Source: Candidatus Babeliales bacterium
GTDB lineage: Bacteria > Babelota > Babeliae > Babelales > JANWKD01
DNA length: 64,000 bases
Assembly: GCA_963722075.1 (NCBI GenBank)
Contig: CAVRJM010000001.1
Coordinates: forward strand, 128,001-192,000
Direction: 5' to 3'
The notes beneath the pieces are model-generated. The model had not been told where the DNA came from. It was given only the letters and a program-made list of their open reading frames with translations, and searched no databases. This document shows, in pieces, positions 28,378 through 37,807 of this stretch (the stretch's first letter is position 1; each line of letters begins with the position of its first letter). The position numbers and the translations under genes were made by a program.

Positions 28378-28902
28378 GCCTGGGGATGAAAGGTCATCCG
28401 TATAAGGCGCGGAGGGAGCGGCTGAGTTGCGAAGTGGAGCGCCGTCGAAAAATGTGGCATACTATGAGGTATGTATTGGACAGGAGCACATACAAAGCAT
28501 AGGCACATGTACCACATAGTTTGGACACCTAAATATTGGAAGAGGGTATTGCAGGGCAAAATAGCAAAACGAATAGAAGAGCTATTGAAGGAATGCTCAG
28601 AAGTAAACAATTGGGAAATACATGAATTGAATGTGCAGCCGGATCATGTGCATCTAATGGTTCAACTAAAGCCACACATAAGTGTCAGTAAAGCAGTACA
28701 ATTGTTCAAAGGTGGAAGCAGTAAAGTGATTAGAGAAGAATTTCCTGAATTAGAAGAATATTTATGGGGGGATAGCTTCTGGGGAGATGGGTTTTTTTCT
28801 GAAACTGTTGGCCAAGTAAATGTTGATGTCATTCGCGAATATATAAAAAATCAATAGTCCTTAGAATGCGAAGCCACGGCTTTTAAGCCGTGCGAGCTTC
28901 AC
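28345..28902 (+). mobile_element. IS200/IS605-family element (tnpA only; left boundary approximate)
   Basis: Left hairpin about 28349-28397; right hairpin 28870-28900 ending TTCAC. Confidence 0.8.
28471..28857 (+). CDS. tnpA: Y1 HUH transposase TnpA
   Basis: YHIVWTPKY, PDHVHL, FKGGSS, IREYIKNQ. Confidence 0.95.
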   Translation: MYWTGAHTKHRHMYHIVWTPKYWKRVLQGKIAKRIEELLKECSEVNNWEIHELNVQPDHVHLMVQLKPHISVSKAVQLFKGGSSKVIREEFPELEEYLWGDSFWGDGFFSETVGQVNVDVIREYIKNQ

Positions 28903-29012
28903 TTAAGCTATATATTTTTGGTAAAATAGATGTATGGTGATGGAGTAATAACAGGGAAAATATAGTTAAAACAACTGAATCACTAGAATTATAATTTATA
29001 AGTGGAGCAAAA

Positions 29013-29384
29013 ATGGACGGTTTTATTAAATATAAAAAATCTTTTATTGCAATTATAGGTTTGTTACTTATTTCTTCATTAAATGGAATGGAGCCTGATA
29101 AACCTTCTAAATCTGAGGAACCTAGTGCCTATTATCTAGAAGATCCAGAATATGTTCGTGAGGAATTGAAAGCATTAAATAATGATATTAAATATTATGA
29201 AGAAAACAAAGAAGAGATAGTTCAAAATATTAGTATTGGATATCAGATATCCATGTCAGAGGCGCTAAATCAATACGAACGGCACTTATCTAATTTAAAA
29301 GAGGAAAGGGAGGAGTTGCTGCGGTTATTAGCTCCAGAAAATCCAGAATTATCATTTGAAGAATATGTTAAAAAAATTGAATAA
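29013..29384 (+). CDS. Small secreted protein, array member (module B)
   Basis: Signal + GME; SIGYQISxSEALxQYER shared with 26938. Confidence 0.85.
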   Translation: MDGFIKYKKSFIAIIGLLLISSLNGMEPDKPSKSEEPSAYYLEDPEYVREELKALNNDIKYYEENKEEIVQNISIGYQISMSEALNQYERHLSNLKEEREELLRLLAPENPELSFEEYVKKIE

Positions 29385-29483
29385 CAACAAATAATAAAAT
29401 GCGTAATTATATATAGGTGCGGTAGTTCTTTTAAATTTCAAGTCAGCATTTTAGAAATATAAGATCTTAAATGGAGTAGAAAA

Positions 29484-29768
29484 ATGGACGGTAAAAATAA
29501 ATTTAAAATGTATCTTTTTATAAGCATGTTTTTGCTTACTCTATCTTCATTGCACGCAATGAGCTATTTTGATCAACGCATTTAAGAAATAAAAGATCAT
29601 GCTCAATTTATTAGGGATCATGTAGATGAATTTATTAAAAGCCATGTAAGGCAATTTGGGGTAGATGAAGAAGAAGCACGGCGCTTTTATAATGAATTGA
29701 TGGGTAACTTTGAAAAGAAAATTCAGAAATTGCTTAGAAAAAAAGATGAAGAAAATAAGGGTGCCTAA
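29484..29768 (+). pseudogene. Module A paralog with a nonsense mutation
   Basis: Close paralog of 27621-27908; TAA at 29583-29585 where the paralog has AAA. Confidence 0.85.
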
Positions 29769-29778
29769 GGGGGAAAAA

Positions 29779-30111
29779 ATGAGCTTTAATAAGTTATTTT
29801 ATTTATTTGTATTAATAATGATAATGGGACGTGATGTTTTTGCTATGGAATATACCGGCTTTTATGTTGAGAGTCCAAGCACTACTCAAATTAAATCTGT
29901 AAACGAACAAATTAAAAGTTTGGAAAAAATGATTCAAGGCATAGAAAAAAATAGGGAAAGATTTGTAAACCGTCGGGTAAGGGAAGGGATGACTAAAGAA
30001 GCAGCAGAAATTGATTTTCAGGATTGGCTTGAAAAAAAGAAAGCGCAATTGTATACGCTAAAAAATCCTGATACAGAAGAAAGCTACGTATCGGAAATAT
30101 GGCAAGAATAA
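29779..30111 (+). CDS. Small secreted protein, array member
   Basis: MSFNKLFYLFVLIMIMGRDVFA-ME. Confidence 0.8.
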   Translation: MSFNKLFYLFVLIMIMGRDVFAMEYTGFYVESPSTTQIKSVNEQIKSLEKMIQGIEKNRERFVNRRVREGMTKEAAEIDFQDWLEKKKAQLYTLKNPDTEESYVSEIWQE

Positions 30112-30136
30112 ATTAAAATGAATTGGAGGAGAAAAC

Positions 30137-30456
30137 ATGAAGATGTTTAAGCTAATTTTTATAGCACTATTATATTGATAAGTAACACTAATCTTATTAA
30201 TGCAATGAAGCGTCCATATCGAAGTGATACCTGGGAAGCTCCAGCTTCATCATTTGTGTTTCAACAAATATATACAGATTGGGATAGAAAAGTTAAAAAT
30301 ATGGAAGATAATAGAGATCAAGAAATACAGCAATTGACTATTGATAATCCAACTTGGACTTTAGAAGACGTAGAAAATGAATATAATAGAATTTTAGAAA
30401 ATGCAAAAGCAAACCGTGAGAATGCAAAGAATCAATTTTTATCCGAGATTTCTTAA
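30137..30456 (+). pseudogene. Array member with a frameshift in the signal peptide
   Basis: GGAGAG RBS + MKMFKLIFIALL in one frame; LISNTNLINA-MK.. continues in the -1 frame. Confidence 0.65.
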
Positions 30457-30597
30457 TTTTTTACTATTGTATTGCCAAATGAAATTCCAATAAGATTAGA
30501 TGGGTAATAAAATATCTCTTGAGCTATTTATGTAAGTATAAATTCTATTATAATAAGGTAATAATAATTATTATATTGTTTTCAATAGGAAATATTT

Positions 30598-30936
30598 ATG
30601 AAAATGGCTCATTTTTTTTATATACTTCTTTTTATTAATGGTATTGCAAGTAATGCGATGGAACATTCAGATTCTGAAATTAATTTAATGTTAAAAGAAT
30701 ATCCTCAAGAATTAGATGAAAAAGAATTTTATGCTGGAATGGTAGGGCTAGCTGATGATCTTGTAGGGATATTGGAAACTAGCAGAGAGGAAGAAATAAA
30801 CAATATAATGAAAAGAGATGATTTATCAATTACTGACGCTAGTCAGCAATATATTAAAACCATTGCATATTGGCGAAATTTTAAAGCTGATTATAATAAA
30901 AAACTTCAAGAAGTGAAGAATCAAAACAATAGCTAA
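30598..30936 (+). CDS. Small secreted protein, array member
   Basis: Signal + AME. Confidence 0.8.
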   Translation: MKMAHFFYILLFINGIASNAMEHSDSEINLMLKEYPQELDEKEFYAGMVGLADDLVGILETSREEEINNIMKRDDLSITDASQQYIKTIAYWRNFKADYNKKLQEVKNQNNS

Positions 30937-30961
30937 ATTTTATATTACATCGAAACATTCT

Positions 30962-31294
30962 ATGAAAATAACGTATTTTTTTTATTTATTACTATTATTA
31001 GCTGGATATCAAAATTTAATACGATCGATGGAAGCGCCAAAAAAATTATCAATAAGTGAGCGGCGTCGTAACCTAGTGCCATCACGACGTTTTCAGAATC
31101 CTGATGAAATTATTAAATTGCTCGAAGGTAGCAAAAAGCAAATGATAGAAGAAAAAATGCGTAAAAATCCCGAGATGACGTATCAAATGGCAGAGGTTGC
31201 ATATTGCCAACGGTTAGATGAGGTAAAACAGCATCATTCTCAAAGAGCTTCGCCGCCTGAAATTCAAGAATCAAAAAATTCGAACAAACAATAA
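30962..31294 (+). CDS. Small secreted protein, array member
   Basis: Signal + SME. Confidence 0.8.
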   Translation: MKITYFFYLLLLLAGYQNLIRSMEAPKKLSISERRRNLVPSRRFQNPDEIIKLLEGSKKQMIEEKMRKNPEMTYQMAEVAYCQRLDEVKQHHSQRASPPEIQESKNSNKQ

Positions 31295-31324
31295 TTAAAA
31301 TTTATATTACATCGAGGTAATTCT

Positions 31325-31603
31325 ATGAAAGTAACATATTTTTTCTATTTATTTCCTTTTTTTACTGCAATGGTTGTAAGACCTATGGAGCATAAAAGAA
31401 ATTTTGAGCAAGAGCGAATTAAAACAAGAGCTGATATTGTAATAGCAGTTATTAAGGATCTTATTGGTCATAAAGAAACAACTATTCAACGTATAATGAA
31501 TAATAACAAGCTTACTTATGATCAGGCACAACAAGAATATAGAAATACACTTATGATATGTTCACAAGAATGTTCACAATTGCTTAGCAAAATGAATGGA
31601 TAA
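31325..31603 (+). CDS. Small secreted protein, array member
   Basis: Signal + PME. Confidence 0.8.
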   Translation: MKVTYFFYLFPFFTAMVVRPMEHKRNFEQERIKTRADIVIAVIKDLIGHKETTIQRIMNNNKLTYDQAQQEYRNTLMICSQECSQLLSKMNG

Positions 31604-31631
31604 AATACGCTATTATTTTTGTGCAAGAATA

Positions 31632-32450
31632 TTATGAATTAATTGAGTACAGATCAGATTTTTTTACAATAAAACCTTCTTGTATTAATTCAAGCAATGC
31701 TTTTTTAATGCGTTCAGGTTCTCTTTCAATATGAGCACATAATTGATTAAAAGAAAGTGCAGCTTCGATTGCCATTGTTTTTAAAATCATACCTCTAATT
31801 TGGCGATCGGAGCCTTCAAATTTACTTTGTTTGGTGTAATGGGCACTTTTTCGATTAGGATTGGGAATATTCTTTTTGAGCATAACGCCGTAATCCATGA
31901 GGGCATAATACCATTCGCGCGGATTATGGGTATCTACTGTTTGCTGAACAAGGGGGTAAATATCATTATCTGTTACTTCAACTTTATTATTAAAAAAAAA
32001 GTAAATAAATACCGTTCTAATATTAGTTTCAATAAATGCAGTTGGTTGATTATAGGCAAATGCGCAAATTGAAGCGGCAGTTGCTTTTCCAATACCCGGA
32101 AAAGTAACTAAAATATCGGGAGTGGTTGGTAAAGAACCATTATACTCACTTATTACTTTTTGAGCGATTTGTTGTAAATATAAAGCGCGGCGATTATACC
32201 CTAATCCTTGCCAGGTGGTTAAAATATCTTTTAAGGGTGCTTGGGCAAGCGATTCAAATGTATTAAAGCGGGCAAGGAATTCTTCAAATTTATGCATAAC
32301 GCGATGTGTTTGTGTTTGTTGAAGCATTACTTCTGAAACTACAACATAATAAGGTTCATGATGAATGCGCCATAGAAAGTGTCGTTTATGTTCATGATAA
32401 TAATGCCAAATGGTGGTAATAAAATCCGAAAGCTGTTTAGCACTATGCAT
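31632..32450 (-). CDS. mutY: A/G-specific adenine glycosylase (short MutY-like)
   Basis: VSEVMLQQTQ, WQGLGYNRRA, HhH FPGIGKATA. Confidence 0.85.
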   Translation of the reverse strand: MHSAKQLSDFITTIWHYYHEHKRHFLWRIHHEPYYVVVSEVMLQQTQTHRVMHKFEEFLARFNTFESLAQAPLKDILTTWQGLGYNRRALYLQQIAQKVISEYNGSLPTTPDILVTFPGIGKATAASICAFAYNQPTAFIETNIRTVFIYFFFNNKVEVTDNDIYPLVQQTVDTHNPREWYYALMDYGVMLKKNIPNPNRKSAHYTKQSKFEGSDRQIRGMILKTMAIEAALSFNQLCAHIEREPERIKKALLELIQEGFIVKKSDLYSINS

Positions 32451-32456
32451 ATGTAT

Positions 32457-33602
32457 CTATGAATATAAAAGTTGTTCAATAACCGGGTTTAAATATGAAC
32501 CGAAATCTTTTTTAGGAAAATTAGTTAAGTTACGAACGCATTCTTGGTAATATCTTTTGTCATCCATCATTTTAGCTACCGCATAATTGAGTTGCTTATA
32601 ATGAGTAACCACCATACCAAATTTATTTTTTTGAATAAAATTAATATTGAATTTTTCCCAATAGAGTGGCGTAGATGTATTATCTAAAATAATGGGCAGA
32701 TTCATATAGATCGCTTCGCAAACGCTCACCGTTCCTGCTTTGGTAATACACGCATTTGAAATTGCCATTAAATCAGCAATTCTATTGGTATAACTTATAA
32801 TGGATAATGAAATATGCGGTGGTAAAGTAATTTTTTCTAAACGTTTACGCAATGATTCATTTCTTCCTAAACAAATAATGATATGAATGGGTTTGGTTAA
32901 TTCTAGAAGTGTTAATAAATAATAATACGTTGCTTGTGAGCCAGCTGCTCCCATTAAAACCAAAACCGTAAATTTATCATCGGGCACATTAAATTCTTTT
33001 TTTATTGCTGCAATATTTTTAGTCTGAAAAAATGTTGGTTTAATAGGAAAGCCCGTGATTTTTTTATTATACGGAGCAATAGCCTTATTTGCAGAAAATT
33101 TTAATATTTCAGAATCTTCAAAAGGAATAGTCAAAGTAAATTTATTATAAATTGGATCGGTAATGGTCCCAATGAATGATGTTGAATCTAAATCAGTAGG
33201 AATCAATAAAAATGGAATATTACATTCTTTACAGCTATCTTTAACGATATTATTAAAAAGCGGTATAACTGAAATAACTAAATCAGGTTGTTGTTTTTGT
33301 AAATATGCGGTAATAATTCGCTTAATTACCTTTTGATTGAGATAAATTAAAAATAAGCCTAATTGGTATAACTTATTAATGAACCAGGTCCATTTTTTTT
33401 GTAAGCAGAAATTATAGAATTTTTCCTGAGTATATTTACCGCGGCTACATATTTTGATGAGGTCTAAACAACCTAGTACTTCATCAATTAAATAAACCGT
33501 ATCAATAGTATAAGTATGAGGCTTCAGATATTCTTTGATTGTATCAGTGGCTGAAATATGTCCACCTCCTCCGTAGCTTGAAAAGACTAAAATCTTTTTC
33601 AT
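32457..33602 (-). CDS. MGDG synthase/UgtP-like glycosyltransferase (GT28)
   Basis: GGGHISA, PTDLD, TGFPIK, ITKAG..SVCEA. Confidence 0.85.
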   Translation of the reverse strand: MKKILVFSSYGGGGHISATDTIKEYLKPHTYTIDTVYLIDEVLGCLDLIKICSRGKYTQEKFYNFCLQKKWTWFINKLYQLGLFLIYLNQKVIKRIITAYLQKQQPDLVISVIPLFNNIVKDSCKECNIPFLLIPTDLDSTSFIGTITDPIYNKFTLTIPFEDSEILKFSANKAIAPYNKKITGFPIKPTFFQTKNIAAIKKEFNVPDDKFTVLVLMGAAGSQATYYYLLTLLELTKPIHIIICLGRNESLRKRLEKITLPPHISLSIISYTNRIADLMAISNACITKAGTVSVCEAIYMNLPIILDNTSTPLYWEKFNINFIQKNKFGMVVTHYKQLNYAVAKMMDDKRYYQECVRNLTNFPKKDFGSYLNPVIEQLLYS

Positions 33603-33937
33603 TTAGGTTCTATCCCTAACGCGTGAAAGTTAAAATGATTGTTTTATGAATATTTTTTTAATCTAAAATAGCATGGTAGTAAATGGTACTAGATACAACT
33701 GGGTTAAATAAGACTTAAATTTATATTTTTTAACAGAAAAATTATAAGGGATATCTATTTTCTTCATAGGGTTCATTTCTAATTTTAAAAGTAATTGTAA
33801 TATTGTCCGTGAAATAACAGTATAAGTATACTAAAAGTTTTTTGGAATTTACACTGTGAAATTATTGAAATAATCAATGTCGCTTATAAACTATAGTAAA
33901 ATATAAATCTTTAGACAAAATTAAAAAAGCGATCGTA

Positions 33938-34264
33938 ATGAATATCTTACTATTTATAATTCTTTTCTTGTTTTCCTTCAATAACTGGGCTATGGATTTT
34001 GGGTCCAGTAGGCCAATTTTTCCCCTTGTTCGTAATGATTTTATGGTTGACTATGTAATAAAAGGTCAAAATAATATTTTTCATATAAAAGCTAAAGTAG
34101 GTCCGGGTTCTTACTGGACTCAAATACCATTGGATTCTTCTCATTGTACCCCAATGCAATTCATTGAAAATGAACTGATGCAAAAGGATGTTAAAGAACT
34201 TATTGATGAAAATAAGATTGCGCCAGGTTCAACTGCAAGGATACTTATTACAAGATTGTTTTGA
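33938..34264 (+). CDS. Signal-peptide N-terminal fragment of the toxin gene (frameshifted)
   Basis: Signal + AMD; overlaps the next ORF by 77 bp in another frame. Confidence 0.6.
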   Translation: MNILLFIILFLFSFNNWAMDFGSSRPIFPLVRNDFMVDYVIKGQNNIFHIKAKVGPGSYWTQIPLDSSHCTPMQFIENELMQKDVKELIDENKIAPGSTARILITRLF

Positions 34265-36449
34265 TTATGCTCTGAATAACTCTATCGAATATGTAAATGC
34301 GGCACTTATTGATAAAGAGCGAGCACCATATCATTTATTATTAGCTACCTCTTTATATAAAGCGCTTACTGATACCAATGCTTCTGATGCAATTTTGTAT
34401 TGTGATTCATTGCTCTGTTCGTATGCACCGTTGCAAGGCTGTTATAATACGGTTTTGGAGCACAGCGCATCATTAATTAACATTCTGGATCAAAAACTAA
34501 CACCTGGTCAAAAAACTATTCTTGAAGATGCGCTTAAATCAGTAAGTCATTTATGGTATAAGGCGCAGTGGAAACACGATGCAGATGCATGGAGAAAAAT
34601 ACAATCATTAAGAACATTTCGTGATTACAATGAAGAGACATTTGTATTAGCTCAGCCAAATGGGGATGATAGTGATATAATGCCGCTTTCAGATCCATTG
34701 TTTGAAGATGCTCATGTTGATTTATTATGTACAGCTTGTTACCAAAATCCCATTTTTACTACAGTGCTTGAAAATAATCCAGCTAATTTTGCCTTAGAAT
34801 GTAAAGCTAAATTAATGGGGAATTTTAATGAAACATTTAATTTTAATGCAGTTGAAGCCATTTTTAGAGATGTTAATGCCCCACCTATGGTTATTTCATT
34901 ATTGCGTGATGCCTTACATTTTTGGGCAGGTGCGGTAAGTGGTGTGGAAAAGGAGGTTGGAAGCCTGGCAATTAATTTTGGTGAGATTGCTTATGATTAT
35001 TCAACACAAAATGATATGAAACATTGTTTGAGCTTTGCCTATATCGGGCGCCAATTATTAAAATACGGTCAGATTGTACAGAATGTTATTATTAATAAAT
35101 TTGATGAATATAAGCATTTAGCGGCTACAGGAGGGGAGTTCATTCAATATAGAATTGAATCATTTGCGCATTTTGTACCAGCATTAGCAGAAGCAGTAGA
35201 TAGTTTAGCAAATGCACTCAATGGTAAAGGCTTTTATTCGCCTTATTATGCATTTGAAGAGCAACAGCTTATTGAAGAGGTGATACGGGATCCTTATGCT
35301 TATAAAGAAAAACTTGATGCAGCTATTAATGATAATATGCTCATACAAGCAGGTGAAACCGCTCTTACCATGCTGCATTTTATTGCGCATCTACAGGATC
35401 CTGCGGTTAAAGCGCATATTGCTTTAAAAGCGCCAGCAGTAGCAGTGAAAGTAGTGAAATATATTAATGACTATCTTGCGCTTCCTGATGAAAAGCATTT
35501 TGAAGATACATTTGATTTTCTATTAGATGGTCTGATTATAAACAAAATTTTCCGCTTGGGTGGATATTTGTTTAAATTAGTTAGCCGTCATCATCAAGAA
35601 TTAGAATTTTTAAGTAGAAGAGCTAAAAATATAAAGCAAGGCAAATTATTGGAGCGAGCGGAAGCTTGTTTAGAAAAAGCAGGCCAAAAATTAATTAATA
35701 GCGCCAATAACAAATTAGTTCCAGATATTATGTCCTCTAATGGTGTATTATTTCGTAAAGGTACACCTAAACCAAATTTTAATAATGTAGTACCGGGATT
35801 ACAGAAATTCTTAACAGAGATTGGAGAATTAGAAGCTAAATACGGGCAACAGGCAGTACAACGAGTATTAGATGCGCTGGGCTATAATAATCAATATGCT
35901 TTAAATAAAACCTTACATTGGAGAAATCAATATCCTTTTAAGCAAACATTAATGGAGATTATCGAAGAACATGCAAAAAATATAATTGATTTTGAAAGCA
36001 ATGCAGGATGGAGTTTGTTGCCATTTGATCCTACTGAAGGTAATAAATGCATTTTAAAAACTATCGAAGAAGCTGTTGCGGGAGTCGCATGTGAAAAACA
36101 AGGGTTATTGACAGGATTAGTGAGAGATAACGTTGTGGGAAGAGGAGATTTTATTGATGGTTTTGGAAAAATTTGGGATGTAAAAACAGCAAAAACAGAT
36201 GGAATCTCCAAGTTTAATACTTTTAATGTTAATGATTTCATTCAAAGCATTGTTAAGGAGCTAACAAAACCTACCAATGAAAATGTAATTATTCATATTT
36301 CATACTTAACTGAAAAAAAAGAATTTGAGTTACTTTGTAAAAAACTAAGAGAATTATCTAATGATCAATTAAAAAGATGTATTATGGTACATAAATATGA
36401 TACCAAAAAAACCACTGATAATTTAATTAAATTTTTAGGTAAAAAATAA
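34188..36449 (+). CDS. Putative polymorphic toxin with a C-terminal nuclease domain
   Basis: GDFIDGFGKIWDVKT..ENVIIHI, a PD-(D/E)xK/CdiA-CT-like pattern. Confidence 0.6.
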   Translation: MLKNLLMKIRLRQVQLQGYLLQDCFDYALNNSIEYVNAALIDKERAPYHLLLATSLYKALTDTNASDAILYCDSLLCSYAPLQGCYNTVLEHSASLINILDQKLTPGQKTILEDALKSVSHLWYKAQWKHDADAWRKIQSLRTFRDYNEETFVLAQPNGDDSDIMPLSDPLFEDAHVDLLCTACYQNPIFTTVLENNPANFALECKAKLMGNFNETFNFNAVEAIFRDVNAPPMVISLLRDALHFWAGAVSGVEKEVGSLAINFGEIAYDYSTQNDMKHCLSFAYIGRQLLKYGQIVQNVIINKFDEYKHLAATGGEFIQYRIESFAHFVPALAEAVDSLANALNGKGFYSPYYAFEEQQLIEEVIRDPYAYKEKLDAAINDNMLIQAGETALTMLHFIAHLQDPAVKAHIALKAPAVAVKVVKYINDYLALPDEKHFEDTFDFLLDGLIINKIFRLGGYLFKLVSRHHQELEFLSRRAKNIKQGKLLERAEACLEKAGQKLINSANNKLVPDIMSSNGVLFRKGTPKPNFNNVVPGLQKFLTEIGELEAKYGQQAVQRVLDALGYNNQYALNKTLHWRNQYPFKQTLMEIIEEHAKNIIDFESNAGWSLLPFDPTEGNKCILKTIEEAVAGVACEKQGLLTGLVRDNVVGRGDFIDGFGKIWDVKTAKTDGISKFNTFNVNDFIQSIVKELTKPTNENVIIHISYLTEKKEFELLCKKLRELSNDQLKRCIMVHKYDTKKTTDNLIKFLGKK

Positions 36450-36793
36450 TGAACGTGAGCATTGATTGGAATGACAAAACTATTATATATACTAAGGGTT
36501 CAATTTTAGACAAATTATGTTATTCAATGATCTCTATAATTGGAGAACAAGATATAGATATTAATGATGCTATTGATGAATTATTACGGGTTTGGTATGA
36601 CATTCCAGCTGGGGGAATTGATATTGCTGACTATATTCATAACAAAGTTGACTTTGATTCCTTTTTAATAATATTACGCAAAGGATTGGATAGGCTTTAT
36701 AAAGAAAATCAATATATCTTTCTCCATTATAAAAATGATTTAGAAAATTTTTATCAAGAATTACTAAAAATTCAAGAATCATGGCCTACTTAA
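36449..36793 (+). CDS. Putative immunity protein
   Basis: Small, acidic, no signal peptide; TAATG coupling to the toxin gene. Confidence 0.6.
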   Translation: MNVSIDWNDKTIIYTKGSILDKLCYSMISIIGEQDIDINDAIDELLRVWYDIPAGGIDIADYIHNKVDFDSFLIILRKGLDRLYKENQYIFLHYKNDLENFYQELLKIQESWPT

Positions 36794-36829
36794 ATTTAAT
36801 TGCATTGTAAAAAATCGTTTTGAAGATCT

Positions 36830-37375
36830 TCAACCAAGAAGAATAAAAGGCAATAGCATTGATAATAGATATGCATATATTAAGCAACAAAGCGGCCCAA
36901 TGCCATTTATGTTAAATGGCCATAGTAAGATGTACACAAACATCAGAAACATTTTAATAATACGTGAATCGGTCATGTACCATAACCCTGCGAGATCTTG
37001 TTTACTTGGTATAGCATTGAAACCAATTGACATGCCTACCCAATAGAGGACAAGGCCAAACATAAGATGGCTAAGCGATGTTGGCATGAGAAAGTTTGTA
37101 CCAAGAAAAATAGGAATACCCATCGGAAGCGTTAAAACCATGCACAAAATGGAATTAATAAAAAGTGGCGCCATTCCTATAAAAAATGCTGCACGTAAAC
37201 TATTGGTGGGATGGTGACGGACGTGGCCGGCAGTTTTACTGAATGGTTTAAAATAATTAATTTCATATACCGGTACATTGAAGATATCGCAAAAAAAGCG
37301 ATGTGCTATTTCATGAATAATAACACCGGGAAATGTAATACATGCAATAGTTTGTCCAGGAATCCAAAAAAACAT
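36830..37375 (-). CDS. Membrane zincin-like metalloprotease
   Basis: PGVIIHEIAH, APL and PSKQD motifs; several TMs. Confidence 0.75.
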   Translation of the reverse strand: MFFWIPGQTIACITFPGVIIHEIAHRFFCDIFNVPVYEINYFKPFSKTAGHVRHHPTNSLRAAFFIGMAPLFINSILCMVLTLPMGIPIFLGTNFLMPTSLSHLMFGLVLYWVGMSIGFNAIPSKQDLAGLWYMTDSRIIKMFLMFVYILLWPFNINGIGPLCCLIYAYLLSMLLPFILLG

Positions 37376-37381
37376 ACCGTC

Positions 37382-37807
37382 CTAACAAAAACCCGATTTA
37401 AATGTAGTTCTTTGCTGATCAGTTGGTAAATAACAGGCTAATTCTTCAACTTCGTGATCATTGTATTCTTTATCTTGCAAGTAACAGAGACCGCATTCAT
37501 ACATTGAAGGAGCATCGGCACTACAGGCAAAGCAGCATTGAATAATTCTTTTTCTGGCTTTACCAAAATATTCATATTTCTCGAAGAACGTAGTATATAG
37601 TGCAAGTGCACCATAATAATCTTTATTAATAAAGCAACGCTCTGCCTTATCTACTTTATTTTTTAATTTACGATGCCTAGGAAATTCTATCCAAAAAAAC
37701 ATGAGCGTTACATATAAAAAAATTAACAATAATCCCGATCCGAATAATTTTATACGAAAAGGATAGCGATGCTTTTCCAGATAGTTGTCTTGCATAATAA
37801 AATCCAC
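37382..37807 (-). CDS. Membrane-anchored TPR-like hypothetical protein
   Basis: TM followed by a helical repeat-like segment. Confidence 0.6.
   Translation of the reverse strand: MDFIMQDNYLEKHRYPFRIKLFGSGLLLIFLYVTLMFFWIEFPRHRKLKNKVDKAERCFINKDYYGALALYTTFFEKYEYFGKARKRIIQCCFACSADAPSMYECGLCYLQDKEYNDHEVEELACYLPTDQQRTTFKSGFC

Noticed and set aside
28471..28857. RAYT mobilising the dispersed repeats
   Set aside because: The protein is a classical IS200 TnpA whose own end hairpins do not match the repeat arms
29583..29585. Stop-codon reassignment or readthrough
   Set aside because: Single TAA replacing AAA in one paralog; housekeeping genes use all three stop codons normally
26560..31603. Integron cassette array
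   Set aside because: No attC-like palindromes between the genes and no tyrosine integrase; the genes are paralogs, consistent with tandem duplication
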